64,000 nucleotides of DNA from Acidimicrobiia bacterium (GTDB lineage: Bacteria; Actinomycetota; Acidimicrobiia; Spongiisociales; ZC4RG35), in assembly GCA_041744375.1 (NCBI GenBank), contig JBGTLA010000130.1, positions 11,443 to 75,442 on the forward strand, written 5' to 3'. The notes beneath the pieces are model-generated. The model had not been told where the DNA came from. It did not search any database and saw nothing but the letters and a program-made list of their open reading frames with translations. Below, in pieces: positions 1 through 9,212 of the stretch (position 1 is its first letter; the number at the start of each line of letters is the position of its first letter). A program made the translations under genes and the position numbers.

Positions 1-61
1 CCGCATGAAGCGACCCCATCGCACCCACGCCTACCACGGCACACCGAACCGGCTCCAGCAC
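1..61 (-). CDS. 5' end of a Gfo/Idh/MocA-like NAD(P)-dependent oxidoreductase running off the window edge
   Basis: Not in the ORF track. Manual translation of the minus strand from GTG at 61 gives VLEPVRCAVVGVGAMGSLHA, a GxGxxG Rossmann start typical of this family. Divergent from the U32-like gene. Confidence 0.6.
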   Translation of the reverse strand, partial: MLEPVRCAVVGVGAMGSLHA

Positions 62-91
62 ATCTCCTTGCTCGCGCCGCCATGGTAGGGA

Positions 92-108
92 GTTGCGCTG
101 TCCGCATC
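92..108. promoter_or_regulatory. Putative IclR operator, site 1 (GTTGCGCTGTCCGCATC)
   Basis: Matches GTTGCG-N5-CGCAAC with 1 mismatch; lies in a divergent intergenic region, upstream of a TTGACG at 123-128. Confidence 0.6.
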
Positions 109-197
109 AATGATGCGAAAAATTGACGACGGGGGTTGGGGCATGTTGAATGCGGTCTGCGCTGACCGGCGACCCGCAGCAGAGGAGATCAGGCAGG

Positions 198-1097
198 GTG
201 GAACAAAGCGAAGTGGCTGCCCGGCTGGGGATATCGCCGAAACCTGCCTCCATATTGCGCTTCGCCGACGGCGCCTCGTTTCGGATCGAGATTCCGAGCG
301 TAGAAGGGCCCCAAGTGATGGCGGCCGTTCTCGAAGAGGCAGACCACCTCGGAGTGGTCGTTAATCGGGTATCCCAAGGCAGCGGAGCGATGCTCCTCTC
401 CGGGGCCGAACTCGACGAGATGGCAGCGATGGGCCGGGACTCCAGTATCGAGGTGTGCTTGTTTGTTGGCCCTCGTGCTGGATTCGACACGGGTGTGTTG
501 CCACACACCGATTCTGCTCACTACGCAGCAATCCGAGGGCTGCGCCAGCTCGGACACGCCGTCACCGACGTGGTGCGGGCGGCTGAACACGGCATCCGCA
601 GCTTCCTCGTCGCCGACATCGGACTGCTGTCGCTGCTCAGCAACCTCCAAGCAGACGGAGACCTGCCCGAAGATTGCCAATGGAAGGTTTCTGCCTACTT
701 CGGGGTGTTCAATCCAGCGACCGTCGCCATCCTCTCAGAACTCGGTGCCTCTACCGTCAACGTTCCCGCAGATCTCTCCTCGGGGGACCTCGCGGACCTT
801 AGGGCCACCGTCGATCTGCCCCTCGACATCTACATCGAGGCTCCAGACGGAATGGGAGGGACCATCCGTATCGCTGAGCTTGCCGATTTGGTTCAAGTCG
901 CCGCACCGATGCATGTGAAGTTCGGTCTTAGGAACGGTCCCTCGGTGTATCCCTCTGGTCACCATCTCGCCAACATCGCCATGCTGGCGGCACGGGAGAA
1001 GGTGCATCGGGCAGCGATCGCGCTCGAATGGATGGAACGGAGCGGAACCTCGGCCACGCAGTCTCTGCCTCACCCAAGGCCCGGGGTACCGAGGTGA
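198..1097 (+). CDS. Peptidase U32-like TIM-barrel protein of unknown function
   Basis: RFADGASFRIEIPSVEGP...RVSQGSG...LFVGPRA...PLDIYIE...KFG resembles a conserved family usually labelled 'U32 family peptidase'. GTG 198 follows AGGAGA; the ORF track start is 150. Confidence 0.6.
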   Translation: MEQSEVAARLGISPKPASILRFADGASFRIEIPSVEGPQVMAAVLEEADHLGVVVNRVSQGSGAMLLSGAELDEMAAMGRDSSIEVCLFVGPRAGFDTGVLPHTDSAHYAAIRGLRQLGHAVTDVVRAAEHGIRSFLVADIGLLSLLSNLQADGDLPEDCQWKVSAYFGVFNPATVAILSELGASTVNVPADLSSGDLADLRATVDLPLDIYIEAPDGMGGTIRIAELADLVQVAAPMHVKFGLRNGPSVYPSGHHLANIAMLAAREKVHRAAIALEWMERSGTSATQSLPHPRPGVPR

Positions 1098-1885
1098 CCA
1101 GTCGCAGCCATCGATTCGCTGAGCTGACCCGGTCCGAGCTGTCCGACCGAGCCCAAGCAGCTTTACTGGTGATCCCCGTCGGAGCGGTCGAACAGCACGG
1201 TCCCCACCTCCCGACTGGGACCGACTCTTTTCACGCAACTCATGTGGCAGAGCAATCCGCCATGCAGGCCGCAGCCTCCATCGACGTGATCGTGGCTCCC
1301 ACCGTTTCGTATGGCTCCTCGCATCACCATCTTCCGTTTGGTGCCACGCTCTCGTTGCGAACCGAGACCCTGTATTCGGTACTGATGGAACTCGGGGAAT
1401 CAGCCAGGCTGAGCGGATTCCGCAAACTCTTCTTCCTCAATGGGCACGGCGGCAACCACGAAATAGCCCAACTCGCTGCCCGGGACCTGGCCTTGGAAGG
1501 ACCCCTGCACGCCGGTTCGGGATCGTGGTGGGCGATGGCGTACCAAGAACTGGTCGGAGACGGTGCGGCCGACGGCGGTCGATTGCCCGGGCATGCCGGG
1601 CGCTTCGAAACGGCCATCAGCGCCGCCCTCGACCCCGACGCCGGCACTTCTCCTCCCCCGGCCCACAGCTCTTACCAAGAGAGTGATCGCCACGCCTACT
1701 CCCCCGTCTATCGGGCTGAGTTTCATGACAGCTGGAGGAGGCTCGATGGCTACACGGACTCGCCTGGCTCCGCCTCACGTGAGGACGGACAGCGCTGGCT
1801 CGGGATTGCTGTTGAGGCTGTGAAAAGGCTCCTGATCGAATTCTCCGATGCTGCCGACGTCATCGATCAGCGCCCGAGCCGATGA
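1094..1885 (+). CDS. Creatininase / mycofactocin MftE-like amidohydrolase
   Basis: PVGAVEQHGPHLPTGTD, NGHGGN and GHAGRFET motifs; GTGA overlap with the upstream stop. Confidence 0.9.
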   Translation: MTSRSHRFAELTRSELSDRAQAALLVIPVGAVEQHGPHLPTGTDSFHATHVAEQSAMQAAASIDVIVAPTVSYGSSHHHLPFGATLSLRTETLYSVLMELGESARLSGFRKLFFLNGHGGNHEIAQLAARDLALEGPLHAGSGSWWAMAYQELVGDGAADGGRLPGHAGRFETAISAALDPDAGTSPPPAHSSYQESDRHAYSPVYRAEFHDSWRRLDGYTDSPGSASREDGQRWLGIAVEAVKRLLIEFSDAADVIDQRPSR

Positions 1886-1898
1886 TCATGTGGAAGGA

Positions 1899-3062
1899 AT
1901 GAAGATGGACCCGATTGTGCAAGCCGCATCCCGTATCGACACCGACCGAGTCGTCGAGTTGGCTTCGGCCTTCTGCGCCACGCCCTCACCGCGAGGTGAG
2001 GAACGTTGGCTGGCTGAGGTGATCGCCGAGGTACTCGATCGGCCCGGAATCGATTTCCACATCGAAGACGTCGTGGCGGGTCGACCCAACGTGATCGCCC
2101 GGGTTGCCGGGAACGGCGAGCGGGCTCCACTGGTCCTCAACGGGCACATGGATGCCAGTGTGCATCCCGGTCCGTGGCAGAACGATCCGGCCGACCCGTG
2201 GGTGTCGGAAGGCCGTCTCTTCGGAGGTGGGGTCACTGACATGAAGGGCGCGTTGGCGGCGATGGTGGCCGCGGTGGAGGCGGCGAGCGAATGGCCATCG
2301 CTACCGGGCGATCTGGTGCTCCACGCCGTCATGCACCATGACACCATCGGCTTGGGCGCCAAGTACGCGTTGGCGAGCGAGGGCCCGCATCGCGGCTTTG
2401 GTATCTGTGGTGAACCGTCTGGTCTCAGTATCCACACCGGCAATGGCGGCGCTCTCAAGTTCGAGGTCAAACTCATGGGTCGCTCCGCTCACGTGTCCCG
2501 ACTGGAGGAGGGAGTCGACGCTCTCGAGGCCGCAGTCGATGTGTACCAGGCCATCAAGGCACTTGCTTGGGAACATGAAGCGTGCGAACGGCTGCCCGAC
2601 CTTCCGCGTCTCCAGGTCGGAGAACTCCAGGCCGGAACCGCACCGGCGGCAGTGGCCGACACGGCCATCGTGAGAGGCGACCTCCGGACCGTTCCCGGCA
2701 TGGACCGGGTGAGCGTGAAGCGAGCAATCGAGGAAGCAGTATCTGAGGCGTGTCCCGGTGGGGTGACCTCGCGCGTGCGAATCATTGCCGTCCAGCAGCC
2801 TTTCCTCGGGGCCACCGATGGACCATTCGTGGAGGCCCTGTCCGCCGCACACACCCAGATAAGAGGGACCGCTCCCAAGGTCACCAACGAATTGCCGGGA
2901 CAGGCGTTCGTCACCGACGCAGCCGACATGGCTGCCGCCGGACTCGAGACCGTTGTCTATGGGGTGGGCGACTGGCACTACGCACCGAACGAATGGGTCG
3001 ACATCGGGGAACTCGCCGACTCAGCGCGGGTATATCTGGCAGTAGCGGCCGCGTTTGCCTGA
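1899..3062 (+). CDS. M20/ArgE-DapE family metallohydrolase with a non-canonical active site
   Basis: GRPNVIA, NGHMD, GVTDMKG, GEP and GRSAH motifs; HHD where DEE is expected. Confidence 0.85.
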   Translation: MKMDPIVQAASRIDTDRVVELASAFCATPSPRGEERWLAEVIAEVLDRPGIDFHIEDVVAGRPNVIARVAGNGERAPLVLNGHMDASVHPGPWQNDPADPWVSEGRLFGGGVTDMKGALAAMVAAVEAASEWPSLPGDLVLHAVMHHDTIGLGAKYALASEGPHRGFGICGEPSGLSIHTGNGGALKFEVKLMGRSAHVSRLEEGVDALEAAVDVYQAIKALAWEHEACERLPDLPRLQVGELQAGTAPAAVADTAIVRGDLRTVPGMDRVSVKRAIEEAVSEACPGGVTSRVRIIAVQQPFLGATDGPFVEALSAAHTQIRGTAPKVTNELPGQAFVTDAADMAAAGLETVVYGVGDWHYAPNEWVDIGELADSARVYLAVAAAFA

Positions 3063-3071
3063 TCGCGCAGC

Positions 3072-3920
3072 ATGATCGTCGACGTTCACACCCACGTAGG
3101 CGAGAGCGAACACTACAGCGGCGAGTTCGTAGCCGACCTCGAGGCGTCGTGGGATGAAGTCAAGTGGTCGGCGACCAGCCTCGAAGACCACTGGCAGGCC
3201 GCTGCCTCGGTCGATAGGGCGATAGTGCTCGCCGTCGATGCTCCCGCTGCGGGGTTCGTGGTGCCCAACGAGTATGTGAGCGCCTACGTGGCCGACCATC
3301 CCGACAAGTTGATCGGGTTCGCTTCAGTGGATCCGAATCGCCCCGACGCTGTTGAGCTCTTGGACCGCGCCGTCGGCGAACTCGGATTGCGCGGGCTCAA
3401 ACTCGGACCCATCTACCAACGATTTGACCCACTGGGTGACGAGGCGGCTGCCGTCTGGGGGCATGCCCAACAGCTCGGCCTTCCCGTGATCTGTCACCAG
3501 GGCACGACATTCCTGCGACAGGGCCCTTTGGAGCTCGCTCAACCTGTCACCCTCGACGCGGTTGCTCGTCGCTTCCCGGATCTCATCCTGGTCATTGCCC
3601 ATCTGGGCCACCCGTGGTGCGAAGAGACAATGGCCGTCATCCGCAAGCACCCCCATCTCTATGCGGACATATCCGCCCTCCACACCCGGCCCTACCAGCT
3701 CTACCGCGCTCTCGTCGCCGCCGAGGAGTACCGGGTGTTCGGCAAGCTTCTGTTCGGAAGCGACTTTCCCTTCGGGACCCTCGAGACGACTTTGGCGGGC
3801 CTCGAGCACGCACGGAGAATCCCTGAGGGAACATCGCTCCCCAAGATTTCAGCCGCCGCCATCGACGAGATCGTTCACCGTCCGTCCCTCGAGTTGCTCG
3901 GGCTCGAAGGAGACCGATGA
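3072..3920 (+). CDS. Amidohydrolase_2 family metal-dependent hydrolase
   Basis: DVHTH, GLRGLKL, HQGTTF, AHLGHPW, YADISA and FGSDFP motifs. Confidence 0.9.
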   Translation: MIVDVHTHVGESEHYSGEFVADLEASWDEVKWSATSLEDHWQAAASVDRAIVLAVDAPAAGFVVPNEYVSAYVADHPDKLIGFASVDPNRPDAVELLDRAVGELGLRGLKLGPIYQRFDPLGDEAAAVWGHAQQLGLPVICHQGTTFLRQGPLELAQPVTLDAVARRFPDLILVIAHLGHPWCEETMAVIRKHPHLYADISALHTRPYQLYRALVAAEEYRVFGKLLFGSDFPFGTLETTLAGLEHARRIPEGTSLPKISAAAIDEIVHRPSLELLGLEGDR

Positions 3921-5029
3921 GGATCACATCGGTTGACGTGACGGCGGTGTCGATTCCGATCGACCCAAAGAGGATGATCACCAGCGCGCGGGGATCGCAC
4001 GCCTTTTCGCCTTTCGCCATCGTGGAGATCGGCACTGACGAAGGTCATGTCGGCCTGGGTGAGGTGTCGGCAACACCCTTTTGGAGCGGCGAAGACTCGG
4101 GCACAGCCACCCACGTGATCCGGCACTACATCGCGCCCGTCATCCTGGGCGAGTTGGTATCCCCTCTCCACCTCGCCGAGACGGTCGGAGCTGCGGTGGC
4201 CGGGCATCACTTCACGAAGGCGGCCGTCGAAATGGCGATATGGGATCTTCATGGCAAGCGGCTCGGTAGCCCTCTTTACGAGCTGTGGGGAGGTCCATCC
4301 AGAGAGCAGATCCGCACCAAGTATTCAATCGGAGGCACCGACCCCGACTCTGCGGCCGAGACCGCGCGATGGGCAATGTCGCAGGGTTTCCGAGCACTCA
4401 AGGTGAAGGTCGCCACCGGAGATGACATTTCTCGCTTCGCTGCTGTTCGTGACGCAGCCGGACCTGATGTTCCCGTAGGGGTGGATGCCAACGGCGGTTG
4501 GACGCGCGCCCAGGCCGAGCGCATCGGTTGTGCTCTGGTAGAGGCCGGAGCTGCCTTCGTCGAACAGCCGCTGGTGTCTCATGACCTCGACGGCCTCGCC
4601 CGGCTCCGGGGTCGCATGGGGGTACCCATCGTGGCCGACGAGTCGGTTGGGACACCGACCGAGGCTGTCGCCGTGATCAGAGCTGGAGCTGCCGACCTCC
4701 TCTCCATCTACGTTGGCATGGCCGGCGGGCTCGCTGCCGCGCGGCAGATCGCTGGCCTCGCCTACGCAGCTGGCATCGGCTGGACCATCGGGAGCAACCT
4801 CGAATTGGGAGTCGGAATGGCCGCCCACCTCCAACTGGCATTCTCGGCTCCCGGCCTCGCCGACGACACAGTCCCATGCGACATCCTCTCGCCCTTCTAT
4901 TACGAGGGTGACATCTCGACAGGGATACCCGTTGCCGCCGGTCACGCCACTCCCCCAGATGGGGCGGGTCTCGGTGTGACTCTCGACGCCGACGCGATGG
5001 AACGATTCCGAGTTACAAACGAGCCATGA
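3917..5029 (+). CDS. Mandelate racemase/muconate lactonizing enzyme (enolase superfamily) protein
   Basis: GLGE, AVEMAIWDLHGK, KVK, DAN, EQP, DES, GSNLE and GAGLGV motifs. Confidence 0.9.
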   Translation: MRITSVDVTAVSIPIDPKRMITSARGSHAFSPFAIVEIGTDEGHVGLGEVSATPFWSGEDSGTATHVIRHYIAPVILGELVSPLHLAETVGAAVAGHHFTKAAVEMAIWDLHGKRLGSPLYELWGGPSREQIRTKYSIGGTDPDSAAETARWAMSQGFRALKVKVATGDDISRFAAVRDAAGPDVPVGVDANGGWTRAQAERIGCALVEAGAAFVEQPLVSHDLDGLARLRGRMGVPIVADESVGTPTEAVAVIRAGAADLLSIYVGMAGGLAAARQIAGLAYAAGIGWTIGSNLELGVGMAAHLQLAFSAPGLADDTVPCDILSPFYYEGDISTGIPVAAGHATPPDGAGLGVTLDADAMERFRVTNEP

Positions 5030-6141
5030 GGATCAAGGCAATAGCGGCGACTGCCGTAAGAGTCCCTCGTCTCACCCGCCTGTTGCCAAAGACGGCCCAC
5101 GGCGAGGTTCGCGCCAGCGAGTACGTAGTCATCGAGGTACGCACCGACAACGGGCTCATCGGACTCGGCGAGGTCACCTGCGCAGCCGGCTGGAGCGGCG
5201 AAACTGCGGCCGACTCGATCCGGTTGCTGTCGGAGCGCCTCGAGCCGGCCCTCTCAGGAACCGACCCCTGTGACCGCTTCACCCTCGCCGAAACTCTCAC
5301 CCGTTACGTCACTGGGCGTCCATTCCTGGCCGCGGCCATCGAGATGGCCTGCCTCGATCTAGAAGGCCAAGACACCGGTCGACCCGTCGGGGATCTGCTC
5401 GGTGGTGTCGTTCGTTCGACGTTCACCACCAAAATGGTCCTGCCGGCGCGGCGACCCGATGAGGTGGCGACAATGGCCGCCGACGCACTGTCCATGGGGG
5501 TCGCTGCCCTCAAAGTCAAAGTGGGCCTCGACCCAGCCGAGGATGTGCACAGGGTGCAGGCGGTTCGCGAGGTAGCGGGCTTCGAAATACCTCTAACCGT
5601 CGACGCCAACGAGGGATGGACACTCTCTGACGCCCGAAAGGCGCTCGAGGCGCTGAACGACACCGACCTCCTGGCAGTAGAACAGCCGTTGCCACGTCAC
5701 GAATGGGAGGCGATGGCCGAGCTCAGAACAGAAATGTCGCCCCACTTCATCGGCGACGAGTCGATCTGGACGCAAGACGACCTCGCCGCAGCTGCTCACC
5801 ACGGCAGCTTCGACGGCGTAAGCATCTATCCGGGTAAGGTCGGAAGCCTCGCCGGCACTGTCGAGCTCGCCCACCGTGCCGCCCAGCTCGGACTCGAGGT
5901 GTCGTTCGGATCCAACCTGGAGTTGGGTATCGGAGCGTCCGCCTTGGCTCACACGATGGCGGCAATCCATCCCACTCCTCGAGAAATCCCGAGTGACTTG
6001 ATCGGTCCCCTATACTTCGAGTCGCCGCTCATCACGGACGCGAGCTTCGTCGGATGGTCAAGCTCATGCCTTCCCGCCGGGTCCGGGCTGGGTGTAGAAC
6101 TGGACCGCCGCGCCCTCAACCAGTACGCGTTCCAGCCGTAA
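5026..6141 (+). CDS. Second MR/MLE enolase-superfamily protein (tandem paralogue)
   Basis: GLGE, KVK, DAN, EQP, DES, SIYPGK, GSNLE and GSGLGV motifs; ATGA overlap with the upstream gene. Confidence 0.9.
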   Translation: MRIKAIAATAVRVPRLTRLLPKTAHGEVRASEYVVIEVRTDNGLIGLGEVTCAAGWSGETAADSIRLLSERLEPALSGTDPCDRFTLAETLTRYVTGRPFLAAAIEMACLDLEGQDTGRPVGDLLGGVVRSTFTTKMVLPARRPDEVATMAADALSMGVAALKVKVGLDPAEDVHRVQAVREVAGFEIPLTVDANEGWTLSDARKALEALNDTDLLAVEQPLPRHEWEAMAELRTEMSPHFIGDESIWTQDDLAAAAHHGSFDGVSIYPGKVGSLAGTVELAHRAAQLGLEVSFGSNLELGIGASALAHTMAAIHPTPREIPSDLIGPLYFESPLITDASFVGWSSSCLPAGSGLGVELDRRALNQYAFQP

Positions 6142-6194
6142 TGAGACCAGATGCTCCGAGGCGGCGCCGAGCTGGGGAAGGTTGGCGGTGAGCT

Positions 6195-6932
6195 CTACAA
6201 CGCCTGATAGGGCTCGACTAGCTCGAGAAGTCTGGGGACGATCCGCTCCACGTCGTCGTACGTGAATCTGTGCGATGGTCCCGTGGATGACAAGGCAAGG
6301 ATTGGCGCCATAGGCGCGAAACGCATGGCCACCGCCACCGCAACCGTCCCAGGACGACCCTCCTCGTTGTTGATGGCGTAACGCCGCTTCTTGGTCAGCT
6401 CTACCTCTTCGACGAGCGCCTCGGCCGTCGTGACAGTGGTCGGAGTATTCGGGAGGAGATCGAGCCTCTCTACGACCTCTGCGAGCTGTCCGTTTGGGAG
6501 AGTGGCGAGGTAAACCTTCCCCACTGCTGTGGAGTGCAACGGATCTTCGGTTCCGACCTCGCAGGTGACCTTGAGCGGCTGATAGCTATCCACCCGCCCC
6601 ACCACCAGCATTCGATCGCCATGAGGAACAGACACGTGGACAGTTTCGCCGGTGAGATCTCGGAAATCTTCCGCCAACGCCAGTGCCTTGTGGAGCTCGA
6701 GGCCCTCGATGGCGGCCTGACCGATGGAGATGAGTCGCGGACCAATGGAGTATTGAGTTCTGGAGTGATCGAGTTCGACCCAATCCAGGCTCCGCAGAGT
6801 GCTCAAGAGTCGCAGGGCATTCGACTTGTGGACGCCGATCGCTTGGGCAACGTCGTCGAGCCGGGCGGTCTCATGCTCGGCCAGATATTCGATGGCCTGA
6901 ACCACTCGCTCTGCACTCTGTAACGTCGCCAC
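6195..6932 (-). CDS. IclR family transcriptional regulator
   Basis: N-terminal HTH (QSAERVVQAIEYL...GVHKSNALRLL) plus GETVH, LHSTAVGK and EEGRPG IclR motifs. GTG 6932 follows GAGGAG; alternative ATG at 6971. Confidence 0.92.
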   Translation of the reverse strand: MATLQSAERVVQAIEYLAEHETARLDDVAQAIGVHKSNALRLLSTLRSLDWVELDHSRTQYSIGPRLISIGQAAIEGLELHKALALAEDFRDLTGETVHVSVPHGDRMLVVGRVDSYQPLKVTCEVGTEDPLHSTAVGKVYLATLPNGQLAEVVERLDLLPNTPTTVTTAEALVEEVELTKKRRYAINNEEGRPGTVAVAVAMRFAPMAPILALSSTGPSHRFTYDDVERIVPRLLELVEPYQAL

Positions 6933-7032
6933 GGCCCGGATCTCCTCAACGCTGAAGTTCGAAGATTTCATGCTAACCCAGAGAGGTCTGGTTCACCATC
7001 ACCCCCAGGCGGGAGCACGCTCATCGATGCTG

Positions 7033-7061
7033 TTGACAAACGGACACCACGACTCCACAAT
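7033..7061 (+). promoter_or_regulatory. Sigma70-type promoter of the ABC transporter operon
   Basis: TTGACA (7033-7038), 17-nt spacer, CACAAT (7056-7061). Confidence 0.65.
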
Positions 7062-7079
7062 TGCGTTCTAGTCGCTATG

Positions 7080-7096
7080 GTTGCGGCTATCGCAAC
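7080..7096. promoter_or_regulatory. Putative IclR operator, site 2 (GTTGCGGCTATCGCAAC)
   Basis: Perfect 6-5-6 inverted repeat between the promoter and the RBS, a repressor-type position. Confidence 0.7.
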
Positions 7097-7121
7097 GGGA
7101 CTTCCTCAGGGAGGAACAAGG

Positions 7122-8285
7122 ATGAATCGACGAACACTTGCAATATTGACGGGCCTAACCCTCATTCTCGCTGCCTGCGGCGGGGATGCGGCGACAACCA
7201 CCACCGCAGGAGATACGGCCACCACGGCCGCAGCAGCCGACCCCACCACGACGACCGCAGGGGACACCACCGGAGCTACCGCATGTGACGGGGTGACACT
7301 CACCTTCATTGGTCTTGCCGGAGAGGAAGGCGAAGCTGAGCTCGCCGACTGGCGCGCCGAGAACAACGTCGCCCTGGAAGGCAGCTGGCCGGGAGACTGG
7401 ACCCAACTCATATCTGCCATCCTCGTGGGACAGGAGTTCGATCTAGCCACCATTCCATACCACCAGGGCCAGCGCATGATCGCTTCTGGAATCCTTCAGC
7501 CCCTCGACACGAGCAGGCTCAGCCACTGGGACGACATGGTCCCCGGGCTGCGTGAGCACCCGTCCCTGCGTGATCCCGACGGGAACGTGTACGGAGCGCC
7601 CATCGCATGGGGTGACGGACCCTACGTGTACCACCCGGAGAGGGCACCCAACCCCCCGGCTTCGATAATGGACCTGGCAGAACCCGAGTGGGCCAATCGG
7701 TTCGTGATGTTCGATTCGCCCGATCAGCTCGTTTACCTGGTGGCACTCAACAAGGGGTTCTCCGAGGTTCCGCTGCTCACCCCCGAACAGCTGGAAGAGG
7801 TAGGCGAAGACGTGGCACGGATCGTTGCCAATGCCGCCGCCTTCAATACTGGGTACCAGGACGCCACCGACCGCCTCGTCGCCGGTGACATCGACCTGGC
7901 GTTGGGAGGCTGGCAGGCGATGCTCACCTGGGCCGCCGAAGATGGGGTCACCCTCGACTTCGGGTACTTCGACGAGTCGCCCGGCGGCTGGTGGGACGGC
8001 CTGGCCATCCCGTCTACCGCCGCCAACGTCGACTGCGCCTACGAGTACATCGACCTGATGCTGTCGCCCGAGGTCAACGCCGAAGTAGGCACCAACCTCA
8101 TATCGGCCGTGGTCAACACCAACTCGATCGACAAGGTCGGCCCCGAGGCTGACATCTACGAGTACGATATCGTCATGGGCGTCGGCGAGAGGATGTTCGA
8201 GAGCACCACGCCACCCGAGGAGGTTCCCGACGGATATGCGTCGTATCAAGACTGGATCGACCTCTGGGCCGCCATCAAGTCCTGA
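7122..8285 (+). CDS. PotD/PotF-like ABC transporter substrate-binding lipoprotein
   Basis: Lipobox LAAC, Thr-rich linker, LQPLD, YGAPIAWG, WWDGLAIP and AYEYID motifs; GGAGGA RBS before ATG 7122. Confidence 0.88.
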   Translation: MNRRTLAILTGLTLILAACGGDAATTTTAGDTATTAAAADPTTTTAGDTTGATACDGVTLTFIGLAGEEGEAELADWRAENNVALEGSWPGDWTQLISAILVGQEFDLATIPYHQGQRMIASGILQPLDTSRLSHWDDMVPGLREHPSLRDPDGNVYGAPIAWGDGPYVYHPERAPNPPASIMDLAEPEWANRFVMFDSPDQLVYLVALNKGFSEVPLLTPEQLEEVGEDVARIVANAAAFNTGYQDATDRLVAGDIDLALGGWQAMLTWAAEDGVTLDFGYFDESPGGWWDGLAIPSTAANVDCAYEYIDLMLSPEVNAEVGTNLISAVVNTNSIDKVGPEADIYEYDIVMGVGERMFESTTPPEEVPDGYASYQDWIDLWAAIKS

Positions 8286-8312
8286 CGACTGACGCTTCCA
8301 AAACCTGACGAG

Positions 8313-9212
8313 ATGACATCGACCACTACGACTGCGCCCGCCTCCACGGCGGGCGCAGTCGCACGTCGCCGGCGCGCCAGGTGGACCACCGTTTCCCAGT
8401 TCGCTCCCGCAACCGGCTACTTCCTTGCCTTGTTCGCGGCCCCAGTGCTGCTCTTGGTCGTGTACAGCTTTTTCTCGGTTCGCAACTTCCGTCCGGTTCC
8501 CGAACTGACACTGTCCAACTACGTTGAAGCCCTGACCAGTCCAGTCTTCCGCTCGTATTTCCTGCGGACCTTCCGGATTGCGGCAATCGTGTCGGGAATC
8601 GTCGTATTGGTCAGCTTCCCCTTCACCTATGCCATCACCTTCGTGTTCGGACGTCGGCGTCAGCTGCTCTACTTCCTGGTGCTAGTCAGCCTCTTTGGTG
8701 GCTACCTCGTCCGCATATACGCCTGGAGAAACATCCTCGGCCGAGAAGGTGTCCTCAACCAGAGCCTGCTGTGGGGAGGGTTGATCGAATCTCCCATCGG
8801 CTTCTTCTTGAACAGCCAGTTTGCGATTGTCCTGGCCCTGGTGAACTTCTTGATCCCGATGGGCGTCCTACCGCTCTACTCTTCGATGCAGAACATCTCG
8901 GGTAGCCTCATCGAGGCGGCAAGAGACCTCGGATCGAGCCGATTCACCGCGGCCGTCAAGATCGTCCTTCCGCTCAGCATGCGCGGTGTTCGAGCCGCAC
9001 TCGGCTTCACCTTCATCGCCGCTGCCGCGGAGTGGGTCACCCCCTCCTTGCTGGGCGGGACCGGTGATCAGATGATCGGCAACCAAATAGCTTTCCAGTT
9101 CGGGGGGGGTCTCAACTGGCCATTGGGAGCGGCGCTTGCCATCACGCTGGTGGCGGCGATGATCGTCATCCTGTCAGTGATCATGGCCCTCCTCAGGAGG
9201 CTGGCACGATGA
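8313..9212 (+). CDS. ABC transporter permease (PotB-like)
   Basis: Hydrophobic protein with LVRIYAW, EAARDLG (EAA motif) and NWPLGAA. Confidence 0.9.
   Translation: MTSTTTTAPASTAGAVARRRRARWTTVSQFAPATGYFLALFAAPVLLLVVYSFFSVRNFRPVPELTLSNYVEALTSPVFRSYFLRTFRIAAIVSGIVVLVSFPFTYAITFVFGRRRQLLYFLVLVSLFGGYLVRIYAWRNILGREGVLNQSLLWGGLIESPIGFFLNSQFAIVLALVNFLIPMGVLPLYSSMQNISGSLIEAARDLGSSRFTAAVKIVLPLSMRGVRAALGFTFIAAAAEWVTPSLLGGTGDQMIGNQIAFQFGGGLNWPLGAALAITLVAAMIVILSVIMALLRRLAR

Noticed and set aside
1094-1885. Creatininase as mycofactocin MftE, implying a RiPP cluster
   Set aside because: No radical SAM enzyme, MftB or precursor peptide in the window.
7185-7285. ACC-rich low-complexity tract (similar ones near 25755-25790 and 30600-30640)
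   Set aside because: Ordinary Thr-rich linkers after lipoprotein cysteines.
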